DNA from: Reyranellaceae bacterium
Lineage (GTDB): Bacteria > Pseudomonadota > Alphaproteobacteria > Reyranellales > JAQSWP01
Direction of reading: 5' to 3'
Assembly (NCBI GenBank): GCA_050181585.1
Contig: JBFXDA010000014.1
Coordinates: 42,714-106,713, forward strand
DNA: 64,000 bases
Of the stretch, positions 9,054-20,879 are shown one piece after another; within the stretch, counting starts at the first letter, position 1; the number at the start of each line of letters is the position of its first letter. The notes under the pieces are model-generated. The model did not search any database. It worked only from the letters and a program-made list of their open reading frames with translations, and was not told where the DNA came from. The translations under genes were made by a program, and so were the position numbers.

Positions 9054-10207
9054 GCGCTTGCCCGTTCGGCCAGCGCCTCGGCCAAAGGACGGCCGCGGCG
9101 GGCGCGGGCGACTTCCGCCAGGCCCAGCCGGGTCCAGCCCAGCACCTGGGTCGGCAGCGGATCGGCCGCCAGGTGCAACGCCAGCCGGCCCAGCACGCGG
9201 TCGCGGTCGGCGGCCGGGCGCAGGGCGATGAAGTCGATCAGCACCGCGCCGCCGATATTGCGCAGGCGCAACTGTTGCGCCACCACCTCCGCCGCCTCGA
9301 GATTGACCGCCAGCGCGTTGCGCGCCGGGCCGCTGTCGACGTCGATGGCGGTGAAGGCGCGGGTCGGCTCGATGGCGATCGAGCCGCCGCCGGGCAGCGC
9401 CACCTCGGGCGCCAGCGCCTGCTCGATCTGCGCGTCGAGATCGTGCTGGTCGAAGCCGGACGGCTCGCCCTCCTGCAGCTCGATGGCGAAAGCATCGCCA
9501 TGCCGTTGGCGCAGCGCTTCCAGCGGACGGCGCAGGGCGCGGTCGTCGACCACGACGCGGCGCAGCAGGCGGCCATGCTCGCGCACCGCCTCGCCCAGCG
9601 CATCCTCCGGCGCCGACAGAACCTGCGGCGGCTTCGCCTGCAGCGCGCGGGCGCGAATGGCGTCCCAGGCCTGCGCCAGCCGCAGCGCCTCGGCGCGCAG
9701 AAGCTCGGCGCGCAGCGGCTCGTCCTCGATCTCGGCCGCCGCGGTGCGGACGGTCAACCCGGCCTCGGTGGCGAGATCGGCCAGCGCCGCCGCCAGCCTG
9801 CCGCGCACCCCGTCGTCGCCGATGCGCTCGGACAGCGCCACGCCGGTTTCCTGCGGCCGCAGCACCACGAAGCGGCCCGGCAGCGCCAGCTTCATCGACA
9901 GGCGCGCGCCCTTGCCGTCGCCGGCGGCGCGCACGATCTGCACCAGCACCGGATCGCCCGGCGCCGGCCGGTCGCGCGCCTCGCCGATCATGTCGACCTG
10001 GCGCAGGAAGCCCGACCGCTCGGCGCCGATATCGACGAACACCGCCGCATTGTCGGGCGACGGCGTCTGCACGCGGCCGACCACGATGGCGCCCGGCGGC
10101 GGCGCGCCGGTATCGAGACGCAGCTCGACCAGCCGCCCGGCCGCGACCAGCGCCACCTGGTTGCCGCCGTCCCGGCGGCGGACGCAGATCTCGTCGATCG
10201 CGCTCAC
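9050..10207 (-). CDS. rng: Ribonuclease E/G family protein
   Basis: S1-like AVFVDIG..RSGFL, IEPTRAFTAIDVDSG, NLEAA..VAQQLRLRNIGG.VLIDFI; GTG start overlaps maf stop. Confidence 0.85.
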   Translation of the reverse strand: MSAIDEICVRRRDGGNQVALVAAGRLVELRLDTGAPPPGAIVVGRVQTPSPDNAAVFVDIGAERSGFLRQVDMIGEARDRPAPGDPVLVQIVRAAGDGKGARLSMKLALPGRFVVLRPQETGVALSERIGDDGVRGRLAAALADLATEAGLTVRTAAAEIEDEPLRAELLRAEALRLAQAWDAIRARALQAKPPQVLSAPEDALGEAVREHGRLLRRVVVDDRALRRPLEALRQRHGDAFAIELQEGEPSGFDQHDLDAQIEQALAPEVALPGGGSIAIEPTRAFTAIDVDSGPARNALAVNLEAAEVVAQQLRLRNIGGAVLIDFIALRPAADRDRVLGRLALHLAADPLPTQVLGWTRLGLAEVARARRGRPLAEALAERASA

Positions 10208-10818
10208 GGCACGGCCAGGCCGGCGCCGCGCAGCAGGACGGCGGCATCGTGCAGGCACAGCCCGACGACGTTGCTGTAGGAGCCGGAGAGAAAGGGAATG
10301 AAGGCGGCGGCGCGGCCCTGGATGGCGTAGCCGCCCGCCTTGCCTTGCCATTCGCCGCTGTCGAGATAGGCCGCGATCTGCGCCGGCGACAGGCGCGCGA
10401 AGCGCACGATGCTGGTGGCCAGGCGCGTGCGGCGCTTGCCGGCCGCGTCGACGACGCAGAGGCCGCCCAGCACGCGATGGCGGCGGCCGGAGAGAAGCTG
10501 CAGGCACTGGCGCGCCTGCTCGGGCGTGTCGGCCTTGGGCAGGATGCGCCGGCCGCAGGCGACCACGGTGTCGGCCGCCAGCACGATGCGGCCTTCGGCT
10601 TCGGCCAGGCCGCGGCAGGCCAGCGCCTTGGCCTCGGCCAGGCGCAGCGCGTGCGGTGCGGGCAATTCGCCCTTCAGCGGCGTCTCGTCGATGTCGGCGG
10701 CAAGCACGCGATCGGGAACGACGCCGATCTGGCGCAGCAGTTCGAGGCGTCGCGGCGAGGCCGACGCCAGAATCAGACCCGGTCCGGAGGCGACGTCGTT
10801 CGTGGCTGCGCCCGGCAC
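10204..10818 (-). CDS. maf: Maf family nucleoside triphosphate pyrophosphatase
   Basis: LILASASPRRLELL, ADTVV, GKAGGYAIQG, GSYSNVVGL. Confidence 0.95.
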   Translation of the reverse strand: MPGAATNDVASGPGLILASASPRRLELLRQIGVVPDRVLAADIDETPLKGELPAPHALRLAEAKALACRGLAEAEGRIVLAADTVVACGRRILPKADTPEQARQCLQLLSGRRHRVLGGLCVVDAAGKRRTRLATSIVRFARLSPAQIAAYLDSGEWQGKAGGYAIQGRAAAFIPFLSGSYSNVVGLCLHDAAVLLRGAGLAVP

Positions 10819-10828
10819 GGGGTGGACA

Positions 10829-11047
10829 TCACTTGAAGCGGAAAATGATCCGGCCCTTGGTCAGATCGTAGGGGGTCATCTCGACGTTGACCCGGTCGCC
10901 CGCCAGCACGCGGATGCGGTTCTTGCGCATCTTGCCGGAGGTGTGGGCGAGGATTTCGTGATCGTTGTCCAGCTTGACGCGGAACATGGCATTGGGCAGC
11001 AGCTCGGTCACCGTGCCGGCAAACTCGATGAGGTCCTCTTTGGCCAT
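10829..11047 (-). CDS. infA: Translation initiation factor IF-1
   Basis: [72 protein letters not shown]. Confidence 0.98.
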   Translation of the reverse strand: MAKEDLIEFAGTVTELLPNAMFRVKLDNDHEILAHTSGKMRKNRIRVLAGDRVNVEMTPYDLTKGRIIFRFK

Positions 11048-11337
11048 TAAAGCTCCGTAAGGGGTTGCAAAACCGGCCAGAAAATGACGCTGCCGGGCAG
11101 GCAAGTCAAGCAGCGGGGCGGGAAAACCCGCGGCGCGAACGGGTCCTTTTCCCGGCCTACCGCCACAGCAAATCGGGTTTTCGAGGGAATCGCGGGCGAT
11201 TCCCCCAAAACCTGCGAATTTGCTCGGGGCGTTGAAGAATTGGGCGTTGAAGAAGGCAGCGGCGCGCCGGGCGGGCCCGCCCGGGCCGGATCGGCCGCCG
11301 GCCGCCGCCTTGCGAAGGAGGAAATCGAGACGGGCGA

Positions 11338-11652
11338 TCAGCCGGCCGGCGCGCGGCCGATGTCGTTGGCCGGCGCGCCGCGCAGCGTGCCCATCCGCTC
11401 CAGCGCGAACTCGTGCCGCGCATTGAGATTGATGGCGCGCCCGGAACGCCGGCACCAGGCCTGCAGGTCCTGCGGCGTGACGGTCACCCGAACCACCTCG
11501 TAGCCTTTCTTGCGGTAGCGCCGCTCGGCGCGCAGCGCACGCTGCTTCCAGGTGTCGTAGTCGAACGGCATGCTGTCGCGTTCGACGAACAGCTCGTGCA
11601 GCGCGCTCCAGTCTTGCCGGTCGTACCACGGCAGGGCGAGATATCTTGCCAT
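11338..11652 (-). CDS. Hypothetical protein (~104 aa)
   Basis: Protein-like PWY...DW..L..LF...MP.DY..W...A pattern; GAGG upstream of ATG. Confidence 0.65.
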   Translation of the reverse strand: MARYLALPWYDRQDWSALHELFVERDSMPFDYDTWKQRALRAERRYRKKGYEVVRVTVTPQDLQAWCRRSGRAINLNARHEFALERMGTLRGAPANDIGRAPAG

Positions 11653-11933
11653 GCTCGCACCTCTCACGCTGTTGGATGTCATTTATACGCCCGCCGGCGC
11701 GTTGCGACGAGCGTAAAGCGAGGTACTGAACTGTGGCGGCATTGTGGCCGCGTCTGGATGCGACGCGGTTTCTGCGCGTTGGACCGGCAAGTTAAGCGCC
11801 AAGGCTAAAGCGCGACCTCAGGAGGCCTCGACCTTACGACAATCGTATAAAGGGGAATAAAGAAGCCCCGCCGGAGCGGAGGCGCGCGGCGGGCGACGCA
11901 ACCGCGTCGCCCGCGCGAGTGTGACGATCCGCT

Positions 11934-12458
11934 TCAGGCTTCCTCCTGCGCCTCGCCCATCAGCTCCATCTTGCGCTGCTGCAGGCGGCCGCCGAGTTCC
12001 TTCAGGTCGATGTCGGTGGCGCGCACCTTCTTGAACATCTCGTTCTGCTCTTCCTTGACGTGGTGCTTGACGTATTCGCCCAGCACGATGACGTGCGCGT
12101 CGTAGTATTCGCCCTCGGGACCCTCGTCCTCGATCTTGGCGATCAGCTCCTTCAGCGACTGGTGCTCGACCACCGCTTCGTCCATCAGATCGTCGTCGTC
12201 GATCTCCGGCCGCACCGCCGGGTAGAAGATCTCTTCCTCGATCCGGGCATGCACGGTAAGCGCGGTGCAGATTTCCTCGACCAGCCGCTGCTTCTGCTTC
12301 GGCGTCATCTTGTCCTTGCGCTTCTCGAACTTCTCGAACATCGCCGAAACCTCGTCATGGTCCTGCCGCAGCAGGGTCAGGGCGTGCGGCCCCTTGGCGG
12401 CGGCGCTGTGGCGAGCGGGGGATTTGCGGGACGAGGTCTCGGTGCGGGCGGTGGGCAT
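11934..12458 (-). CDS. Hemerythrin (HHE) domain protein
   Basis: LLRQDH, HARIEEEIFYPA, EH, HHVKEEQ iron-ligand motifs; GGAGG RBS. Confidence 0.9.
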   Translation of the reverse strand: MPTARTETSSRKSPARHSAAAKGPHALTLLRQDHDEVSAMFEKFEKRKDKMTPKQKQRLVEEICTALTVHARIEEEIFYPAVRPEIDDDDLMDEAVVEHQSLKELIAKIEDEGPEGEYYDAHVIVLGEYVKHHVKEEQNEMFKKVRATDIDLKELGGRLQQRKMELMGEAQEEA

Positions 12459-12490
12459 GGCTTCCTCCGGTTCTGGGTGGCTGTGCGACC

Positions 12491-12516
12491 AACGGCGCGC
12501 CACGCGACCCGGTTCC
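12491..12516 (-). promoter_or_regulatory. sigma-EcfG (general stress) promoter of the hemerythrin gene
   Basis: Minus strand GGAAC-CGGGTCGCGTGGCGCGC(17)-CGTT, 32 nt above ATG. Confidence 0.75.
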
Positions 12517-12533
12517 GACCGCTGGCCGCAGCT

Positions 12534-13430
12534 TCAGCGGCGCTTGCGCTTCGCCGCCGGGCGCCGGACGGCCTTCTTCTTCGCCGCCTTGGGTTTGGGC
12601 TTGAGCTGATGGATCGTGGCGCCGCCCTGGGCGCTCTTGCGCTCCTTGCCGCCGCCCTGGTCCAGGCTGCGCTTCAAGGCCTCCATCAGATCGACCACCT
12701 TGGGCTCCTCCGCCTCCTCCAGCGGCTCCAGCTCCACGCCCTTGAGCTTGGCCTGGATCAGATCGCGCATGCGCTGCTCGTAGCGGTCCTCGTAGTCCTT
12801 GGGATCGAAATGGCCGGATTTCTGCCGCACCAGGCGCATGGCGATCTCCAGCATGTCCTTGTCGACGCGCGGGCTTTCGATGTCCTTGAAGTATTCCTTG
12901 TCCGGCTTGATGTCGTCGGCCTCGCGCAGGCTGTAGGCGACGATGCCCTTGTCCTTGGGCCGCATGGCGATGACTCGCTCCTTGCGCGCCAGCACCACGC
13001 GGGAGATGGCGAACATGCCCGCCTTGTCCATGGCGTCGCGGATGACGACGAAGGCCTCCAGCCCGGCATCGCCGTCGGGCACGATGTAGTAGACCTTGTC
13101 GAAGAACACCGCGGGGATGTCTTCCTGGGGCACGAATTTCTCGATCTCCAGGGTCGAGGAGCTGTCGATCTTCAACTCGGCCAGCTCCTCCTCGCTGATG
13201 GTGACGTAGCGGTCCTTGGCGAACTGGTAGCCGCGCACCAGCTCCTCGCGCGCCACCACCTCCTCGGTTTCCGCATCGATGATCTGGTTGCGGATGCGGT
13301 TGCCGGTTTCCGGATTGATGAAATTCAGATGGATGTCGTTCCGGTCGGTGATGGCCGAATGCAGTTGCACCGGACAGCTCACCAGGGACAGCTTTAGGTG
13401 ACCGCGCCAGAACGGACGATGCGCCGCCAT
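12534..13430 (-). CDS. ku: Non-homologous end joining protein Ku
   Basis: RPFWRGHLKLSLVSCPV.L, RGYQFAKDRYV, YY..PD, FDP..YEDRY, VVDLMEALKRSL, basic C-terminal tail. Confidence 0.96.
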   Translation of the reverse strand: MAAHRPFWRGHLKLSLVSCPVQLHSAITDRNDIHLNFINPETGNRIRNQIIDAETEEVVAREELVRGYQFAKDRYVTISEEELAELKIDSSSTLEIEKFVPQEDIPAVFFDKVYYIVPDGDAGLEAFVVIRDAMDKAGMFAISRVVLARKERVIAMRPKDKGIVAYSLREADDIKPDKEYFKDIESPRVDKDMLEIAMRLVRQKSGHFDPKDYEDRYEQRMRDLIQAKLKGVELEPLEEAEEPKVVDLMEALKRSLDQGGGKERKSAQGGATIHQLKPKPKAAKKKAVRRPAAKRKRR

Positions 13431-13438
13431 GTTGCCCT

Positions 13439-16108
13439 CTATTTCGCCTGGAAGATCTTGCGCGCCTTGGCGCCGATCGACTGCTCGACCTCGAAAAACC
13501 CTTTCCAGGCCGCCCTGGCCTGCGTCTTGGCCGAGGCGGCATCCGACAGGGTGTAACGTTTCGGATCGAGGGAAGGTTTCACGTCCTTCCAGGCGAGCGG
13601 CATGGCGATCGTCGCGCCGGGGCGCGCCCGCGGCGAGAAGGGCGCGACGGCGGTAGCGCCCCGCCCGTTGCGCAGGTAGTCGACGAAGATGCGGCCCTGG
13701 CGCGATTTCTTGGCCAGCTCGGCGGTGAAGCGCTTGGGATCGCGCCGCACCATCCAGCGCGCCACGTCGTGGCAGAATTCCTTGGCCCGGTCCCATTCCA
13801 GCTCGGGCCGGATCGGCAGCACGACATGCAGGCCCTTGCCGCCGGTGGTCTTGGCGAAGCATCGCAGCCCCGCCTCGTCCAGCGCCTGGCGCAGCATCAG
13901 GGCCGCCTCGACCACGCGGGCGAAGCCGATGCCGGGATCGGGGTCGAAATCGAAGATCAGCCGGTCGGGACGCTCGATATCGTCCAGCCGCGCGCCCCAG
14001 GGATGGATCTCGATGGCCGACATCTGCGCCAGGGCGCGCAGGCCGTCGGCATTCTCGATCGCCAGCACCTGTTCGCCGCCGATCTTCAGGTCCAGGATCT
14101 GCCTGGGAAAGCCGGGCGAGACTTTCTTCTGGAAGAACTGCTCGCCGTCGATGCCGTCGGGACAGCGCACCAGCGCCAGGGCCCGGCCGGCGATGTGCGG
14201 CAGGGCCAGATCGGCCATGGTTTCCCAATAGGCGGCCAGATCCTGCTTGGTCAGGCCGTTGTCCGGCCACAGCACGCGGTCGGGATGGGTGAGCTTGACG
14301 TCGGCATCCTCGCCGCCGCGCTTGTCGATGATGGCGGGCACATGCTTGCGTGCCGCTGGCTTTTTACGCCCCGCCTTGCCGCGCGGCGCCCGGGCGGCGA
14401 CGATGGCGCCGGCGGCCAGCGCGTGGCCGGGCTTGGCCTCGCGCGGCGGCTCGCGCACCACGTCCATCGGCTGCTTGTCCTCGCGCAGGCCGAGGAAGAT
14501 CGCGTGCCGCAGCACGCCGTCGCCGGTCCAGTCGAGGAATTGCAGCTCGGCCACCAGCTCCGGCTTCACCCAGCGGATGCCGCGCGGCGGGCCTTCCTTG
14601 CCGTGCACGACCAGGCGCGGGCCGATCTTGCGCTGCAGCGGTTCGAGCTTGCCGTGCAGCTCCTTCAGCGTCGCCTGGGTGAAGCCGCTGCCCACGCCGC
14701 CGGCGTAATGCAGCGCGCCCTTGCCGTCGAAATAGCCGACCAGCAGCGCGCCGAACCCGTTGCGGCTGCCCTTCGGATCGGTGTAGCCGACGACGACGAA
14801 TTCCTCGCGCTGGATGCATTTCAGCTTCAGCCAGTTGCGGTTGCGGCTCTGCTGGTAGGGCGCGTCGGCGCGCTTGCAGATGACGCCTTCCAGGCGCATG
14901 GCGCAGGCCTGCTCGCGCACCCGCTGCGGCACGCCCTCGTAGTGCTCGCTGTAGCGCAGGAAGGGCGGCGGCGCGGCCAGGAGCTGCGCCAGCAGCTTCT
15001 TGCGCTCGACCTGCGGGCAGCGGGAGAGGTCGTAGCCGTCGAGATGGACCAGGTCGAACAGGTAATAGAACAGCGCGCCGGTCTGCTTCTCCGACAGCGC
15101 GTTCTTCAACCGGGCGAAGGAGCTGTGCCCCGCCTCGTCGAGCGACACCAGCTCGCCATCGACCCAGGCCTGCTTCACCGGCAGCCGCGCCAGGGCGGCG
15201 ACCAGATGCGGCAGCTTGCCGGTCCAGTCCAGCCCGTTGCGGGAGAAGATCGTCGCCTCGCCGTCGGCGATGCGCGCCACCATGCGGTAGCCGTCGAACT
15301 TGATCTCCGACAGCCAGCCGGCATCCTGCGGCGCGGTTTCGGTGAGCGTGGCAAGCTGCGGCGCGAGCCTGCGCGGCAGCCGGGCCTTGCGCGCGCCCTC
15401 GAGCTGGGCGGGATCGGGCGCGGCGATCCTGGCCTTGCGCCTGGCCGTGGCGGCTTGCGCCTGGCCCGCTCTGGCCATCGCCGGCGGCTCGGTCGCCTTC
15501 TTCCTGCGGTTGGAGTGCCAGACCTTCGATCCGGCGGCGATCTCGTCCATCGAGCGTTGGGAGGCGACCGACATGGTGTTGCGGCGGACCACCTCGTCCG
15601 TACTGCCGCGTTTGGCCGCCGCGTCGCCGTGCTTGATCAGCAGCCAGTTCTCCGCCTTCTCGCCCTGGCGCGGCTTCATGCGCACCAGCGCGAAGGAGCC
15701 GTGCAGGCGATCGCCCTGCAGGGAAAATTTCAGCGAACCCTTGCGCAACTGCGCCGGGGCCGGCTCCTTGCCTTCGGGCGTCCAGGTGCCGCGGTCCCAC
15801 AGCATGACGGTGCCGCCGCCATATTCGCCTTCGGGGATCGTGCCCTCGAAGCCGCCATAGGCCATCGGGTGGTCCTCGGTGCGCACCGCCAGACGCTTCT
15901 CGCCGGGATCGAGCGAGGGACCCTTGGGAATGGCCCAGCTCGCCAGCACGCCGCCGATCTCCAGCCGGAAATCGTAGTGCAGGCGGGTGGCGTCGTGCTT
16001 CTGGACGACGAATTGCAGGTTGCGGCTGCGCCGGGCCGAGACCTTGCCGGGCGGCTCGGCGGTTTTGTTGAAATCCCGCTTGGCGTTGTAGGTGGCGATA
16101 CCCGGCAC
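13439..16108 (-). CDS. ligD: DNA ligase D (phosphoesterase-ligase-polymerase)
   Basis: FVVQKHDATRLHYDFRLE (PE), EIKFDGYR (ligase KxDG), FDFDPDPG, KTTGGKGLHV, DYLRNGRGAT (PolDom). Confidence 0.97.
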   Translation of the reverse strand: MPGIATYNAKRDFNKTAEPPGKVSARRSRNLQFVVQKHDATRLHYDFRLEIGGVLASWAIPKGPSLDPGEKRLAVRTEDHPMAYGGFEGTIPEGEYGGGTVMLWDRGTWTPEGKEPAPAQLRKGSLKFSLQGDRLHGSFALVRMKPRQGEKAENWLLIKHGDAAAKRGSTDEVVRRNTMSVASQRSMDEIAAGSKVWHSNRRKKATEPPAMARAGQAQAATARRKARIAAPDPAQLEGARKARLPRRLAPQLATLTETAPQDAGWLSEIKFDGYRMVARIADGEATIFSRNGLDWTGKLPHLVAALARLPVKQAWVDGELVSLDEAGHSSFARLKNALSEKQTGALFYYLFDLVHLDGYDLSRCPQVERKKLLAQLLAAPPPFLRYSEHYEGVPQRVREQACAMRLEGVICKRADAPYQQSRNRNWLKLKCIQREEFVVVGYTDPKGSRNGFGALLVGYFDGKGALHYAGGVGSGFTQATLKELHGKLEPLQRKIGPRLVVHGKEGPPRGIRWVKPELVAELQFLDWTGDGVLRHAIFLGLREDKQPMDVVREPPREAKPGHALAAGAIVAARAPRGKAGRKKPAARKHVPAIIDKRGGEDADVKLTHPDRVLWPDNGLTKQDLAAYWETMADLALPHIAGRALALVRCPDGIDGEQFFQKKVSPGFPRQILDLKIGGEQVLAIENADGLRALAQMSAIEIHPWGARLDDIERPDRLIFDFDPDPGIGFARVVEAALMLRQALDEAGLRCFAKTTGGKGLHVVLPIRPELEWDRAKEFCHDVARWMVRRDPKRFTAELAKKSRQGRIFVDYLRNGRGATAVAPFSPRARPGATIAMPLAWKDVKPSLDPKRYTLSDAASAKTQARAAWKGFFEVEQSIGAKARKIFQAK

Positions 16109-16130
16109 GGCGCGATCCTTCCCGGCGGGA

Positions 16131-16155
16131 AACGGCCTGAAGGAATTGCAGTTCC
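16131..16155 (-). promoter_or_regulatory. sigma-EcfG promoter of ligD-ku
   Basis: Minus strand GGAAC-TGCAATTCCTTCAGGC(16)-CGTT, 22 nt above the ligD GTG. Confidence 0.8.
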
Positions 16156-16171
16156 GGTCAAGACAGAGGGG

Positions 16172-16612
16172 CTAGACCACCGCCGCCGGCTGGGCGAAGC
16201 GGGTCTTGATGCGGTCCATCAGCCGGTCGCGCACCTCGCGATAGGCGGCCAGCCGCGCCTCGCGGCTGCCTTCGACGGCGGTGGCGTCCTGGGTCGGCCA
16301 GAACTCCACGTCGCAGGCCATGGTGCGGGTCATCTCGACCGCGCTGTGCTGGGCCTCGGGCGACAGGGTGATCACCAGGTCGAAGGAAGTGTCGTTGAGG
16401 TCGTCGAAGGTCTTGGCGTGATGGCGGTGCAGGTCGATGCCGATCTCGTCCATCACGGCGATGGCGAAAGGGTCGATCTCGTCGGCCCGCACGCCGACCG
16501 AATCGAAATAGATGCGCTTGCCGTAGAGATGCTTGGCGATGGCCTCCGCCATCGGGGAACGGACCGAATTCTGCGAACAGGCGAACAGGACGCTGGCCGG
16601 CATGTCCGCCAT
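16172..16612 (-). CDS. Low-molecular-weight protein-tyrosine phosphatase / ArsC family protein
   Basis: VLFACSQNSVRSPMAE P-loop; usual position after UPF0262. Confidence 0.9.
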   Translation of the reverse strand: MADMPASVLFACSQNSVRSPMAEAIAKHLYGKRIYFDSVGVRADEIDPFAIAVMDEIGIDLHRHHAKTFDDLNDTSFDLVITLSPEAQHSAVEMTRTMACDVEFWPTQDATAVEGSREARLAAYREVRDRLMDRIKTRFAQPAAVV

Positions 16613-16616
16613 CGCT

Positions 16617-17117
16617 TCAGCCCCGGATATGCAGGACGCAGATCAGGGTGAAGAGCCGGCGGGCGGTGTCGAAGTCGATCTCGATCTTGCCCTGCAGGCG
16701 CTCGCGCAGCAATTCGGAGCCCTCGTTGTGCAGGCCGCGGCGGCCCATGTCGAGCGCCTCGATCTGCGAGGGGCTGAGCTTCTTGATGGCGTCGTAGTAG
16801 CTCTCGCAGATCATGAAGTAGTCCTTCACGATGCGGCGGAACGGCGTCAGCGACAGGATGACGTCGCGCAGCTTCTGCTCCGCCGCGTCGCGCACGTCGA
16901 ACAGCAGGCGGTTCTCCTGCACCGCCAGATGCAGGTGGTAGGGCCCGTCGGCGACGCCGACCGGCGAGAAGGAGTTCTCCTCCAGGAGGTCGAACATGGC
17001 GACCTGGCGCTCGTGCTCGACCTCGGGCGTACGGCGCACCATGGTCTTCTCGTCCAGCGCGATATGGACGATGCGGCGGGCCGGGCTGGACGTGGAACTG
17101 GGCGGGGGATCGGCCAT
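16617..17117 (-). CDS. UPF0262 family protein
   Basis: [62 protein letters not shown]. Confidence 0.93.
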   Translation of the reverse strand: MADPPPSSTSSPARRIVHIALDEKTMVRRTPEVEHERQVAMFDLLEENSFSPVGVADGPYHLHLAVQENRLLFDVRDAAEQKLRDVILSLTPFRRIVKDYFMICESYYDAIKKLSPSQIEALDMGRRGLHNEGSELLRERLQGKIEIDFDTARRLFTLICVLHIRG

Positions 17118-17126
17118 GGCGGCCGC

Positions 17127-18428
17127 CTAGCGGCGGTTCAGGCGGATGGCGACGGAGAGCGCGTGCGCCGGCAGGCCCTCGGCTTCGGCCAGGGCGATGG
17201 CGGCCGGCCCGATCGCGGCCAGCCCGTCGGCGCCGCAGCGCACGAAGGAGGTGCGCTTGATGAAATCGGCCACGCCCAGGCCGGAGGAGAAGCGCGCGCT
17301 GCGCGAGGTCGGCAGCACGTGGTTGGTGCCGGCCACGTAATCGCCGATCGCCTCCGGCGTGTGGCGGCCCAGGAACACCGCGCCGGCGTGGCGCACCTTG
17401 TGCAGCAGCGCCTCCGCCGCCTCGTCGGCGAGCGCCAGTTCCAGGTGCTCGGGCGCGATGGCGTCGATCAGCGGCACGGCGGCTTCGTTGTCGGGCACCA
17501 CGATGATGGCGCCGTAATCGTTCCAGCTCCGGCGCGCGAAGTCGGCGCGGCTCAGCGTCTTGAGGTGGGCATCGACCGCCGCCGCCACGGCATCGGCGAA
17601 TTTCGGGTCGGCGGTGATCAGCACGGCTTGCGAATCGGGATTGTGCTCGGCCTGCGACAAGAGGTCGGCGGCGATCCAGGCCGGATCGTTGCCGCCGTCG
17701 GCCAGCACCAGGATTTCCGACGGGCCGGCAATCAGGTCGATGCCGACCTGGCCGAACACGCGGCGCTTGGCGGCGGCGACCCAGGCATTGCCGGGGCCAA
17801 CGATCTTGTCGACCGGCCTGATCGTCTGCGTGCCATAGGCCAGCGCGGCCACCGCCTGCGCGCCGCCGATGCGGTAGATCTCGTTCACGCCGCCCAGGCG
17901 GGCCGCCAGCATCACCAGCGGATTGAGCTGGCCGTCCGGCACCGGCGAGACCATGACGATGCGCTGCACGCCGGCCACCTTGGCCGGCATGGCGTTCATC
18001 AGCATGGAGGACGGATAGGCAGCCGTGCCGCCGGGCGTATAGAGCCCGACCGAATCGATGGGGCGGTAGAGCGCGCCCAGCCGCACGCCCTGGGCGTCGA
18101 CGTAGTCGACGTTCTTCGGCGCCTGGGTGCGGTGATAGCTTTCGATGCGTTCTGCGGCCAGCTTCAGCGCCGCCGCCTGCGCCGCCGGCGCCTGGGCGAT
18201 GGCGGCATCGATCTCGGCGTCCGACACGCGCAGGGTCTGCGGCGTCAGCGCCAGCCGGTCGAAGCGCTGCGTCAGCTCGATCACCGCTTGGTCGCCGCGT
18301 TGGCGCACGTCGGCGATGATGGCGGCGGCGGTGGCGTCGACGTCCTCCTCGACCTCGCGCTTGAGGGCGAGGAAGGCGGCGAAACTCTGGGCGAAATCCG
18401 GCGCGGCGGCGTTCAGCCTAAGCGGCAC
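17127..18428 (-). CDS. hisD: Histidinol dehydrogenase
   Basis: [55 protein letters not shown]. Confidence 0.97.
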   Translation of the reverse strand: MPLRLNAAAPDFAQSFAAFLALKREVEEDVDATAAAIIADVRQRGDQAVIELTQRFDRLALTPQTLRVSDAEIDAAIAQAPAAQAAALKLAAERIESYHRTQAPKNVDYVDAQGVRLGALYRPIDSVGLYTPGGTAAYPSSMLMNAMPAKVAGVQRIVMVSPVPDGQLNPLVMLAARLGGVNEIYRIGGAQAVAALAYGTQTIRPVDKIVGPGNAWVAAAKRRVFGQVGIDLIAGPSEILVLADGGNDPAWIAADLLSQAEHNPDSQAVLITADPKFADAVAAAVDAHLKTLSRADFARRSWNDYGAIIVVPDNEAAVPLIDAIAPEHLELALADEAAEALLHKVRHAGAVFLGRHTPEAIGDYVAGTNHVLPTSRSARFSSGLGVADFIKRTSFVRCGADGLAAIGPAAIALAEAEGLPAHALSVAIRLNRR

Positions 18429-19080
18429 GGGCGACCTCCCGGAAGCGCTCGATCCAGGCGTTGACGGCGATGGCGCGCGTCTTCAACGCCGTGCGGTTGA
18501 CGATCAGCCGCGAGGTGACGTTGGCGATGTGCTCGACCTCGACCAGCCCGTTCTCGCGCAGGGTGCGGCCGGTATCGACCAGATCGACGATGCGGTGGCA
18601 CAGGCCCAGGCTGGGCGCCAGCTCCATGGCGCCGTTGAGCTTGATGCATTCGGCCTGCACGCCGCGGGCGGCGAAGTGCCGGCGGGTGATCTCCGGGTAC
18701 TTGGTGGCGATGCGGATATGGCTCCAGCGCGCGGGATTGTCCTCGCCCGCGAGATCCGCCGGCTCCGCCACCGCCAGCCGGCAATGGCCGATGTCGAGAT
18801 CGACCGGGGCGTAGATCTCGGGGAAGTCGAACTCCATCAGCACGTCGTTGCCGGCGATGCCGAACTGGGCGGCGCCGAAGGCGACGAAAGTGGCGACGTC
18901 GAAGGAGCGCACCCGGATGATGTCGAGCTCGGGATGGTTGGTCGAGAACCGCAACTGGCGCGACTCGGGGTCGGCAAAGGCGGCTTCCGCCGCGATGCCG
19001 GCCTTGGCCAGGAGAGGCGCCGCTTCCTTCAGGATGCGGCCCTTGGGCAGGGCCAGCACCAGTTTCTCGTTGTCGCTCAT
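18418..19080 (-). CDS. hisG: ATP phosphoribosyltransferase, short (HisZ-dependent) form
   Basis: [27 protein letters not shown]...[14 protein letters not shown]; ~220 aa, no C-terminal regulatory domain. Confidence 0.95.
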   Translation of the reverse strand: MSDNEKLVLALPKGRILKEAAPLLAKAGIAAEAAFADPESRQLRFSTNHPELDIIRVRSFDVATFVAFGAAQFGIAGNDVLMEFDFPEIYAPVDLDIGHCRLAVAEPADLAGEDNPARWSHIRIATKYPEITRRHFAARGVQAECIKLNGAMELAPSLGLCHRIVDLVDTGRTLRENGLVEVEHIANVTSRLIVNRTALKTRAIAVNAWIERFREVARAA

Positions 19081-19148
19081 CGCCGGATCCGCAAAAAGAA
19101 AAACCGGCCGAATCAAGGCCTTGGCTGGTCAAATGCGGGCGTCTCGCC

Positions 19149-19582
19149 TCACTCGAGACGGTGCCCGGGACGCCAGCCGGTGGGCCATGCTTCGCCGACA
19201 TCCTCTAGATGGCACAGGATGCGCTGGACTTCCAGCCGGATCGCCGACTTGCCGGCGAAGCGCAGCAGGATGACCGAACCGCCGCCTGGCGCGGCGGCTT
19301 CCACCTCGATCGCCAGCAGCGACAGCAGCCGGTCGTCGAAACGGCGGTCGATGTCGTGCGAGGCGACGCCGGCCACCGTGTCGAAGGCCAGCGCGCAATG
19401 GGTGCGCCAGTAATGGCCTTCGGCGTCGGGCGGCGCCTCCCAGCAGAAGCGGTTGACCACCAGCGCGAAGCGCTTCTGGTCCGGCAGGAAGCCGATGTCG
19501 CGCACCGCGACCAGCGAATCCTGCAGGGCGGAGGAAATGACCTGCAGGTCCTCGGCGTCCTCGGCGCGCAGCTTCAGCGGCG

Positions 19583-19586
<4 letters not shown>
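19149..19586 (-). CDS. DUF2948 family protein
   Basis: [33 protein letters not shown]; position after murA. Confidence 0.88.
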
Positions 19587-20860
<1,274 letters not shown>

Positions 20861-20879
20861 TCGTCCTTGGATTCTCGAT

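Noticed and set aside
8442..10818. Programmed frameshift linking maf, rng and the SPFH ORF
   Set aside because: Junctions are ordinary 4-bp GTGA/ATGA start-stop overlaps; no slippery site needed
11227..11254. Direct repeat GGGCGTTGAAGAA x2 upstream of infA
   Set aside because: Only two copies and no recognisable motif; probably a local duplication
16172..16612. Arsenic resistance operon
   Set aside because: Housekeeping LMW-phosphatase-family gene at its usual position; no arsB/acr3 or linked arsR
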